Notes under the pieces: model-generated
Told to the model about the DNA's origin: nothing
The model's input: the letters and a program-made list of their open reading frames with translations, nothing else
The model's database searches: none
Position numbers and translations under genes: made by a program
In this document: positions 56,581 through 64,000 of the stretch, piece after piece
Position numbering within the stretch: the first letter of the stretch is position 1
Layout: every line of letters begins with the position of its first letter
Source of the DNA: Escherichia phage PHB12
DNA length: 64,000 nucleotides
Direction: 5' to 3' (one strand)
Sequence record: MK524178.1

Positions 56581-58265
56581 TAGATTCGTTCCCATTGATG
56601 AGTGATATCGCCACCGATTGGACGATAGGAAACACCAGTTTCTTTATCAGTTAGTACCCATTTACCAGGATTTTTTGTAATCAGAGTAGCCGTTACAGGT
56701 TCTGCTACGTCATAACTAATAGAGCCGTCTTGAAGTACACGGCCCATGTTACGTAATTGCTTAGTCAGAAGTTCCATACCTTTATAATATGCGGCTACCG
56801 CTTTAAGTGGATTATTCTTGAAATAACCACCTAATGCAATCCAGATAATTGCTACAGCCAAATGATGATATTCATTAAACGAACTCATCTTTCCATATTT
56901 GTAAACTAATGGATTGATGTTAATAGTCACATTACAAGTTGTTTCATCAATAGTAAACTGTCCCCAGGTCGGATTAGCGTTGAATTCATCATAACCTGAA
57001 ACAGCATAAAGCACTTTAGCTTCATCGTACAATTTTGGCCCATAAATCTTGGTTTCGCCAAAATATCCACGAGGGTCGATAAACTTAACTTCGCCGTTAT
57101 CAGTAATCATAGTATTACTGAAGTTCGGGTCACCATGAATAACAGAGTACTGTCCCTGAGAACGATTATGATAACGAATAAGGTGTTCTAAAGCTTGTTT
57201 CAGCATTGGCTTCAGACGTCCAATCTTAGTGTAGTTCACATGTGTGATTTTACCAAATGAATCAATCAATGGTTGAATGCTTTCACAACGATCAATAACT
57301 TTCGTATAGAATTCTTTAGTGAAATCACGACGAACAGTTTCAGGACTTACAAAATAAGTGTCTGTGCTGAATTTCAGTGCATCTAAAATTGCATCAACAA
57401 TTTGTGGACGAGCAAGACTCGATTTGGATTTAATATATTCAAATGCCGGCTTACCTTTAATGCGTTCCATTTCAAAGTTATTTTCATTAACAGAAACTAA
57501 CTGAGGAACTGAATCTGATTTCACTTTAAGATACCATGAAATCTCATCTTTCTGAAGAGCTCGGCCCTGTTCGGTTAATGCGAATTTAGTTACAGTTTCT
57601 TCACCAATTTCAACTGCATTAAAACTACGATTAAGTTCACGAACTTCATGAGCTTTTTCAAGTTTAGGCATATCACCTAAATCAATTAGATTCATAAGCT
57701 CTGATTTATTGAATGCGCTGCCGTAAAGGAATTCTACGAAATCACGTCCTTTGCAGTATTCATGAATTTCCTCATCAGTAGAACCCATATAGAATTCCCA
57801 GTCTTTGAACTGATAAATTCCTACAACATTACCACCTGTTGAACCTACGTTAGTGATATTTTCACCGTCGAAATTATATCGACATTCGTCACCCTTAACA
57901 TAGATTGCGTTAACATTCCAAGACCATGAGCCAAAATCAGGAATAATATCACACCAGTTAACAATTACATTATGGCCGTCTAAATCTTTGTGTAATTTAG
58001 CAAGAGCATAAGCAGAACCATACGCTTCATCAACTGTACGAATAGTCACATTGAACCCTTCTTGCTCACAATAAGCTCGAACAGTTTCAGCAAATTTTGA
58101 ATGAACTACTACAATAATTTCATCTGCGCCAAGGTCAGAATAAATTGTATACAAATTGCTCAGAATAGTGTCTTGTTTATAGTTAACAAGCACCTTAGGA
58201 ATATGATGCGTTATTGGATACAAACGAGTTGCCAGTCCAGCACCAAGAATAACAGCTTTTTTCAT
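56580..58265 (-). CDS. Bifunctional sugar-1-phosphate nucleotidyltransferase / APH-ChoK-like sugar kinase
   Basis: 561 aa; N-terminal KAVILGAGLATRLYPIT (NTP-transferase G-x-G-T-R), C-terminal VIHGDPNFSNTMI...KFIDPRG (Brenner H-G-D-x4-N and D-x-E kinase motifs). Confidence 0.75.
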   Translation of the reverse strand: MKKAVILGAGLATRLYPITHHIPKVLVNYKQDTILSNLYTIYSDLGADEIIVVVHSKFAETVRAYCEQEGFNVTIRTVDEAYGSAYALAKLHKDLDGHNVIVNWCDIIPDFGSWSWNVNAIYVKGDECRYNFDGENITNVGSTGGNVVGIYQFKDWEFYMGSTDEEIHEYCKGRDFVEFLYGSAFNKSELMNLIDLGDMPKLEKAHEVRELNRSFNAVEIGEETVTKFALTEQGRALQKDEISWYLKVKSDSVPQLVSVNENNFEMERIKGKPAFEYIKSKSSLARPQIVDAILDALKFSTDTYFVSPETVRRDFTKEFYTKVIDRCESIQPLIDSFGKITHVNYTKIGRLKPMLKQALEHLIRYHNRSQGQYSVIHGDPNFSNTMITDNGEVKFIDPRGYFGETKIYGPKLYDEAKVLYAVSGYDEFNANPTWGQFTIDETTCNVTININPLVYKYGKMSSFNEYHHLAVAIIWIALGGYFKNNPLKAVAAYYKGMELLTKQLRNMGRVLQDGSISYDVAEPVTATLITKNPGKWVLTDKETGVSYRPIGGDITHQWERI

Positions 58266-58306
58266 GTTGTGGTCCTCATTGGTAAGTAGGAGTATTGTAC
58301 ACTATT

Positions 58307-58450
58307 CTAGTTAAAGCATTCATACTTTGCTTGTAGTCCAATCATAATCCATCCGATTATAAGAGTCGGAATCATTACTGGAGCCGTTAAGCTCCAGTAG
58401 ATAGTCATGACAAGCATCAATAGTAAAAGTCCTATTGTTATTGCTTTCAT
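58307..58450 (-). CDS. Putative small membrane protein (47 aa)
   Basis: Manual translation MKAITIGLLLLMLVMTIYWSLTAPVMIPTLIIGWIMIGLQ...; ATGA coupled to SIS gene stop. Confidence 0.3.
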   Translation of the reverse strand: MKAITIGLLLLMLVMTIYWSLTAPVMIPTLIIGWIMIGLQAKYECFN

Positions 58451-59082
58451 TGTTCGCCTCGTAACATGGCACCTAGTGCACCGCCAGGGTGGAACTTAAG
58501 GAAGTCATTAGAGGTAAATCCACGTTCAGACGAAAGGTTGATAGCAAACGTATCGATAAGCGCTAACAACAATGTAGTGGACATGGTCGGAGCCAGAGAA
58601 TTCTCATCGACCTCTACTGCGATGCCTGTACAGAACGTATAATCAAAAAGAGCTTCGTATTCTTGTGGAATGTCTGGGTTACAATGCAACAGAATCTGTT
58701 TGACGTTCGGACGAATCATTTTAAGATGCTTAGCCACGCCTATCATTTCTTCAGTTTTACCGGAACGACTAATATGAATCAACACATCATTAGGCGCAAT
58801 GAATCCTGCATCACCGTGAGAATAATGCCCAGTGTTCAAGTACATACTCGGGATACCGAGTGAAGCAAATGTCTCAGAAGCTTTAGTTGCAATATTAGCA
58901 TTCTTACCAACACCTGTAATAATTACTCGGCTTTCATAATTACTAAGTCCAGGGCGTCGAAGAGTTTCTAGAATAGCATTATAACGAGCAGGGTTTTGAC
59001 TAATTACTTTGGCCATAGCGGCCAAAGAAGAAGCTTGTTTTATGATTGCGTCAATAGCGATAGTAATAGGAGTAGTTTTCAT
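58447..59082 (-). CDS. SIS-domain sugar-phosphate isomerase (KdsD/GutQ-like; candidate arabinose-5-phosphate isomerase)
   Basis: 211 aa; ITGVGKNANIATKASETFASLGIPS and C-terminal HPGGALG are SIS-domain hallmarks. Confidence 0.75.
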   Translation of the reverse strand: MKTTPITIAIDAIIKQASSLAAMAKVISQNPARYNAILETLRRPGLSNYESRVIITGVGKNANIATKASETFASLGIPSMYLNTGHYSHGDAGFIAPNDVLIHISRSGKTEEMIGVAKHLKMIRPNVKQILLHCNPDIPQEYEALFDYTFCTGIAVEVDENSLAPTMSTTLLLALIDTFAINLSSERGFTSNDFLKFHPGGALGAMLRGEQ

Positions 59083-59122
59083 ATTTCTCTCATTTAATTA
59101 GTTTGCCGTCAATGTCATTATA

Positions 59123-61834
59123 TCAAAAATCGAACATATCGAACAGAGATGCTTTCTTCTCGTAATCGAGTTTCGCTGCTGATGTGAATCCTTCAAGTGG
59201 TTTAATAAATGTCTTCTCAAGGAGAACAGTGTAGTCCATCCAATGAAGTACGTCGTCTTTAATTAAATCTGTGATTTCAGTGCCAGAAGGCCATGCGATA
59301 CATTTATCACCGAATGGGTTTCCTTCACGTAAAGGCAGAACATATACTTTTTCACCTTCTACAACTTGTGGTGCATCGATATTACCTTTGATAGCCCGGT
59401 TATACGTCAGAATTCCACGAATATGGAATGGGCATTTGGGACCAGGGAATCCACCTACGTCATATTTAGCAATGTTATTCGCAGAAGATACCGACGCGAT
59501 GCTAATATAATTCAATTGACGGAATTCTTTTTCAAACTCTTTAAAATATTCTTGTAATGATTCTTCACCTTCTTGAAGCATACGACGAATACATTCTTTA
59601 AGAGCTTTCTGTACTGCTTTAGGAGTCGAAGATTTCTGAGTCTCTAGACCCATGATTTTGAGTTTAGGCTCAGCGTAACGAGTACCTTCCATATCCCACA
59701 CGTTTAATGCATAACGTTTCTTACCAGTCCAGAATCCACCAATACCTTTAGAACCTAATGGAGGCCCAGCGATAGCTTCTCGGTCCATGAACATTAAGTG
59801 TTGTTTATTGTTCATGTATTCACACATTTCACGGAAACCTCTATCAATAGCTGGTTCCATACGTTCACGTGCAAACTTATCTAAGAAGTCTACCCAATGG
59901 TTGGTATCACGGAATTTAGATTCACCAACCTTATCGATAATTTTATCAGCAGATACGTAAATAGAGTCTGTATCACCATAAAGAACGAAAGCTTCACCTT
60001 CTGTACCACAAACTTCATTCAGATATTCATTAACTTTACGTTCAATCCACTGTAAAGCCATTTGACCAAATGTTGTGATTGCAGTAGCATTACGCAAATC
60101 ATAATAACGGAACCAAACGTTTCCAAGTGCACCATAAAGTGAGTTGATAAGCAATTTACGGTTAATTTGAGCAGTCATACCTGCAACTTCAGTACGTTGA
60201 GCTCTAAACAACATTTCATTAAGAGATTTAGCAGACAACTTTTTAATCTTTTCTTTAATCTCATCACTGAAGTCGAAACGATAATCAACATCTAATGGTT
60301 CGTCAACAGAAAGATTAGGATTATGCAATGCCTCTTTAATTATTTCACCATTACGTTGAGCTGCAAGCATGTAACCTTTATGTTCTTTACGTTGATTAAA
60401 GACCTTAGTGATTTCAGTTGGAACTACACCATCACGGTCTTTATAATACATCATGCCGTTAGGAGAGCAACTGTACACATCTGAAGGACGTTCAGCAACA
60501 GCGTTAATATAATCATGCAATGGAGCTACTTTAAACGTTCCTGCTATTGTTTCTGGGCTAATATTCACTTGGCGAATAATACTTGGATACAGAGATGTAA
60601 GGTCGAAACTCATTACATATTTGTATCGATTCGGAATAGGTTCCTTAACAAAAGCGCCGGGATAAGGTTGAACCGGGTGAGAACGACCTTGTGGAATCAC
60701 CTTGTTCTGCTCTTTAAGGCTATTAAAAATAATAGCATCCCATGTTTTAATTGGACTAAACACAGATTGAATCTGTATCTTAGCATAATAACCCATGTCC
60801 AAACTCAAGTTGATGAACTGACGCTTAGCATCAATTTGCAATACACGGTACACGTCGATAATGTTATAAGAAATATATCGTTGGTGATTGCTTTCACGAA
60901 GCTTAGAAATAGGGCCGTCATATTTCAGTTTACCAACGTTCAATTCAAATTCTGAAATGTAATCCAGAGAATATGATGGTTGATTGGTAAAAGAGAATTT
61001 TTTGTAAAGGTCAATGTAATCAAGAACAGAGATACCGAACAATGTAATGATTTCACGAGAACCATACATGTTTTCGATAACTTTAACACGAGTTTTACGA
61101 TGTGGTGATAAACGTTTCGCAGTAGATTCGCCAAAAATATTCTTGATTCGGTTATACACATACGGAATATCAAATGACTCAACGTTCCATCCAGTCAAAA
61201 TGACAGGAGTTTTCTGTTGCCAGAAGTTGAGATATTCCATCAACAATTCTTTTTCGTTATCGAACGGCATATAAATGATTTTATCGATAATTTCAGATGG
61301 AACTTCATCACCACCTTGTTCTTGAAGCTTAGCAGCGATTTCAATAGACCATTCTTCTACATTACCATATGGAGAATTCAATAGATCAAATACATAGAAC
61401 CTGTCGTCAATTGAGTCATAATGGGTGATAGCATCAATCGGATGTTTTGCTTGTGACGGCTCAGGGAACCCATCCGGAGATGTTACTTCGATGTCGAAGT
61501 TAGCCACACGAATTTTTGTATGGTCATATTTGATTTCATAGTTATAAGTGTCAGACAAATACGCCAATTTGAAATCGTCCATGCCAAGTGCTTCAAGTCC
61601 GATATCTTCCATGCGTTTAATCCATTGGGAGGCATCACGCATATTGGCGAACAACTTACGAGTACACGGCTTACCGTAGATATCGAAATATTTCGTAGCC
61701 TGACTTTCTGGGCAATGAGCAAACAGTGATGGTTTATATTCTACTTCACGAGTACGTTCACGGCCATTAGAATCGATGTAACGTTCAAAAATTGAATCAC
61801 CAATCTGTTCAACCGTTAAGTAAAATTCTTTCAT
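59123..61834 (-). CDS. 43: DNA polymerase gp43 (family B)
   Basis: 903 aa; exo motif FDIEV, pol motifs SLYPSI, YGDTDS; N-terminus matches my recollection of RB69 gp43 (903 aa). Confidence 0.97.
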   Translation of the reverse strand: MKEFYLTVEQIGDSIFERYIDSNGRERTREVEYKPSLFAHCPESQATKYFDIYGKPCTRKLFANMRDASQWIKRMEDIGLEALGMDDFKLAYLSDTYNYEIKYDHTKIRVANFDIEVTSPDGFPEPSQAKHPIDAITHYDSIDDRFYVFDLLNSPYGNVEEWSIEIAAKLQEQGGDEVPSEIIDKIIYMPFDNEKELLMEYLNFWQQKTPVILTGWNVESFDIPYVYNRIKNIFGESTAKRLSPHRKTRVKVIENMYGSREIITLFGISVLDYIDLYKKFSFTNQPSYSLDYISEFELNVGKLKYDGPISKLRESNHQRYISYNIIDVYRVLQIDAKRQFINLSLDMGYYAKIQIQSVFSPIKTWDAIIFNSLKEQNKVIPQGRSHPVQPYPGAFVKEPIPNRYKYVMSFDLTSLYPSIIRQVNISPETIAGTFKVAPLHDYINAVAERPSDVYSCSPNGMMYYKDRDGVVPTEITKVFNQRKEHKGYMLAAQRNGEIIKEALHNPNLSVDEPLDVDYRFDFSDEIKEKIKKLSAKSLNEMLFRAQRTEVAGMTAQINRKLLINSLYGALGNVWFRYYDLRNATAITTFGQMALQWIERKVNEYLNEVCGTEGEAFVLYGDTDSIYVSADKIIDKVGESKFRDTNHWVDFLDKFARERMEPAIDRGFREMCEYMNNKQHLMFMDREAIAGPPLGSKGIGGFWTGKKRYALNVWDMEGTRYAEPKLKIMGLETQKSSTPKAVQKALKECIRRMLQEGEESLQEYFKEFEKEFRQLNYISIASVSSANNIAKYDVGGFPGPKCPFHIRGILTYNRAIKGNIDAPQVVEGEKVYVLPLREGNPFGDKCIAWPSGTEITDLIKDDVLHWMDYTVLLEKTFIKPLEGFTSAAKLDYEKKASLFDMFDF

Positions 61835-61894
61835 TTAATTTCCTTTAGACGAGTTATTGTCTTTTGTTTGTTGATGAACTTATTATACTCCAAA

Positions 61895-61910
61895 TGGGAC
61901 CGAAGTCCCA
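61895..61910 (-). terminator. UUCG-tetraloop hairpin after regA (UGGGAC-UUCG-GUCCCA then UUUGG)
   Basis: Perfect 6-bp stem with UUCG loop between regA stop and the gene 43 leader. Confidence 0.5.
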
Positions 61911-61915
61911 TTGCT

Positions 61916-62284
61916 TTAATTACCAATTGTATATTTTGCTTTCAAAGTCCAGTCATCTTTCTGTTTAAAAGAGATAACACGGAAGTTATTAGTCAGGCCA
62001 AACAGATCTTCACGAGCAGAGTCTTCAATAACAATCAATCCCCAGTCTTCAAGCAACTGAGCAATCGAATCACGTCGCTGATAGTCTTCACCATCAATAT
62101 CAACCTGACGTCCGTCCATACGCAGCATTTCTTTAAAGTGGACGATGTAATATTTACCTTGCTTTTGGAGGATATGACAAGACTGGTAAAGGACTTTATC
62201 CTTGTTATTAGCGATGCCCATACGGGTCAGAGTCTCTTTGACTTTCAGAAAATCTTCAGGGTTCTTCAATTTAATTTCAATCAT
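61916..62284 (-). CDS. regA: Translational repressor RegA
   Basis: Start at internal ATG (MIEIKLKNPEDFLKVKETLTRMGIANNKDKVLYQSCHILQK...) near-identical to T4 RegA. Confidence 0.9.
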   Translation of the reverse strand: MIEIKLKNPEDFLKVKETLTRMGIANNKDKVLYQSCHILQKQGKYYIVHFKEMLRMDGRQVDIDGEDYQRRDSIAQLLEDWGLIVIEDSAREDLFGLTNNFRVISFKQKDDWTLKAKYTIGN

Positions 62285-62286
62285 TT

Positions 62287-62850
62287 TTACCATTCCAATG
62301 CTAATTTTTTAAATTGTTTTTGTTCTTTCACGTTTTTGGTAACTTCTTTGAGAAATTCATCAGTGACCATGGCCTTCAGTTCTTTAAGGACTATCGGCAA
62401 CTTGTTATTTTTTTCAAGGAGCCGCTTATACTCAGTAGCATCGTTCATGTTGATTGTGTAATGTTTCATCAACAGTTTGATAACTAGTAACTCTGAAGTG
62501 TCTTCTACTAGTTTAGCCCATTTAGAGAATCGACGACCACGCGGAATTGCCGCCATCATATAGTTGAAGTGCGCTTCATCACTTAATTCAGAACCGACTA
62601 AGTTCATCATGTAAACAGCTGGCATACATTCTGGGAACTGGGATAATGAGTTCTCAACCATAAATTTTGAGTAGTCGACCTGAGCAATTGACATAGATTT
62701 CTTTTCATTAATAGCATTAATGATTTTAAAGAATTCATTCTCAGGTTTTTCTTTAAACATATCAGCACATTTTTGAATCGCATCAGTGTCATTAGACTTC
62801 CATGCAATTTGGTGCTCGTTAAGCCGGACGTCATCATCGAATAAGTTCAT
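62287..62850 (-). CDS. 62: Clamp loader small subunit gp62
   Basis: About 187 aa from [17 protein letters not shown]; ...[42 protein letters not shown] matches T4 gp62. Confidence 0.9.
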   Translation of the reverse strand: MNLFDDDVRLNEHQIAWKSNDTDAIQKCADMFKEKPENEFFKIINAINEKKSMSIAQVDYSKFMVENSLSQFPECMPAVYMMNLVGSELSDEAHFNYMMAAIPRGRRFSKWAKLVEDTSELLVIKLLMKHYTINMNDATEYKRLLEKNNKLPIVLKELKAMVTDEFLKEVTKNVKEQKQFKKLALEW

Positions 62851-62851
62851 A

Positions 62852-63814
62852 TTATTTCCAAGTAAGTTCACAGGTCAGTTGAAGAAGCATATACATAACA
62901 TGTAATTCAATATTACTTGCTAATCCATGAAACTTATTGTTTTCGCCTGCAATTTCATAAAGCGAAATAATACTTTTACCAGGTGCAACTTGGTCATAAC
63001 ATTCTGAAACTAATTTATCGATGAACCATGAATAATCTGCGGCATATTTTGGAGCTAATGCACGAAGCTGTTTGATATCTTTGTTCTTCATTGCTTCAAT
63101 AACATCAGAGACTGTGCCACGGTCATTAGTTACGATAGACAAAATACCTGCATCAAGAACACCTTTAGACGAGTACTGGTCTAATTGACCAATTGTGCGA
63201 CGAAAGTCTGGGAAGTTCTTTTTAACCAGAGCTGCAACAACTTTCATATCAGCGATTTCGATATTTTCGTTCTTACAGATTTCAACCATACGATGAATCA
63301 TTTTCTTCATCATCGAGATTTTATCTTCTTCGGTTGGACGTCCGAATTCGATAACTCGACAACGACTACGTAATGGTTCAATAATTCCATCGATGTTGTT
63401 AGCAGTAATAACAATAGAGCAGTTACTAGAGAATTCTTCCATAAACGTACGAAGGTGACGTTGTGATTCGGCGAGGCCACTACGGTCAAATTCATCAATA
63501 ACAATAACTTTAGGCTTGCCTTCCATTGAGACTGAACGAGCGAATGCGGTTAACGGACCCCGCACAAAATCAATCTTACAATCAGAACCGTTGACAAACA
63601 TCATTTCGGCATTGATATCATTGCATAATGCTTTTGCCACGGTTGTTTTACCTGTACCAGGAGAAGGAGAGTGCAAAATAATATGAGGAAGTTTTCCTTT
63701 AGATACTAAAGACTTGAATGTTTCATGGTCATACGCAGGCAGAATACATTCGTCAATGGAAGAAGGACGATATTTCTGTTCTAGAATGTGTTCTTTGGAA
63801 TTGATAGTAATCAT
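62852..63814 (-). CDS. 44: Clamp loader large subunit gp44 (AAA+)
   Basis: 320 aa; Walker [11 protein letters not shown], Walker [12 protein letters not shown] motif; T4 gp44-like. Confidence 0.95.
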   Translation of the reverse strand: MITINSKEHILEQKYRPSSIDECILPAYDHETFKSLVSKGKLPHIILHSPSPGTGKTTVAKALCNDINAEMMFVNGSDCKIDFVRGPLTAFARSVSMEGKPKVIVIDEFDRSGLAESQRHLRTFMEEFSSNCSIVITANNIDGIIEPLRSRCRVIEFGRPTEEDKISMMKKMIHRMVEICKNENIEIADMKVVAALVKKNFPDFRRTIGQLDQYSSKGVLDAGILSIVTNDRGTVSDVIEAMKNKDIKQLRALAPKYAADYSWFIDKLVSECYDQVAPGKSIISLYEIAGENNKFHGLASNIELHVMYMLLQLTCELTWK

Positions 63815-63840
63815 GTAATTTTCCTCATTATCATTAAACT

Positions 63841-63856
63841 GGAGGATTTCTCCTCC
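63841..63856 (-). promoter_or_regulatory. GGAGGA-N4-UCCUCC hairpin in the 45-44 intergenic leader
   Basis: Perfect 6-bp inverted repeat upstream of gene 44 SD; could be a RegA or translational control site. Confidence 0.35.
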
Positions 63857-63889
63857 ATAATCGTATCACAATAAACGTAAAGCTTTGAC

Positions 63890-64000
63890 TTAGAAGTCGT
63901 GAGTAGAATCGGCTTCCATCGCAATAACATAACTTACTTGAGAGCTTTCAAACTTGGCTGCAACTTTATCACCAGCTCCCCACAACATTACTTTATAGTT
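63890..64000 (-). CDS. 45: Sliding clamp gp45, C-terminal part (ORF runs off window end)
   Basis: Minus-strand translation ends ...AMEADSTHDF*, which I recall as the T4 gp45 C-terminus; stop at 63890-63892. Confidence 0.8.
   Translation of the reverse strand, partial: NYKVMLWGAGDKVAAKFESSQVSYVIAMEADSTHDF

Noticed and set aside
60515-60955. 146-aa plus-strand ORF
   Set aside because: Antisense inside DNA polymerase gene 43.
61868-62461. 197-aa plus-strand ORF
   Set aside because: Antisense to regA and gene 62, both of which match T4 proteins closely; no ribosome-binding site.

Overview
The window is a contiguous segment of a T4-like (Tevenvirinae) myovirus genome, collinear with the T4 map from nrdB to gene 45. 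Minus strand: nrdB (partial), nrdA, td, frd, 32, 59, a GIY-YIG homing endonuclease, 33, dsbA, rnh. Plus strand: long-tail-fibre and lysis block 34, 35, 36, 37, 38, t. Minus strand again: asiA, motA, 52, ndd, rIIB, rIIA, 39, dexA, dda, a ModA/ModB-like ADP-ribosyltransferase, soc, 56, 61, sp, 41, 40, uvsX, 42, 43, regA, 62, 44, 45 (partial). Gene calls rest on protein sequences I recognise and on synteny; no database search was run. The gp43 N-terminus matches my recollection of the RB69 DNA polymerase, so the phage is probably RB69-like, but that is from memory. The main non-core content is a DNA-modification module where T4 carries beta-gt and imm: a divergent dCMP hydroxymethylase, an SIS sugar-phosphate isomerase, a fused nucleotidyltransferase/anomeric-kinase, a small HAD-like phosphatase, a U32-family protein and a dTMP-kinase-like protein. 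A GT-B glycosyltransferase sits separately between rIIA and gene 39. Together these look like a phage-encoded route to an NDP-pentose (probably arabinose) and its transfer to hmC in DNA. Regulatory architecture is T4-like: many sigma70-type early promoters, TATAAATA late promoters, and a family of C(UUCG)G tetraloop hairpins at gene 3' ends. No tRNA, rRNA, CRISPR array or group I intron was seen.
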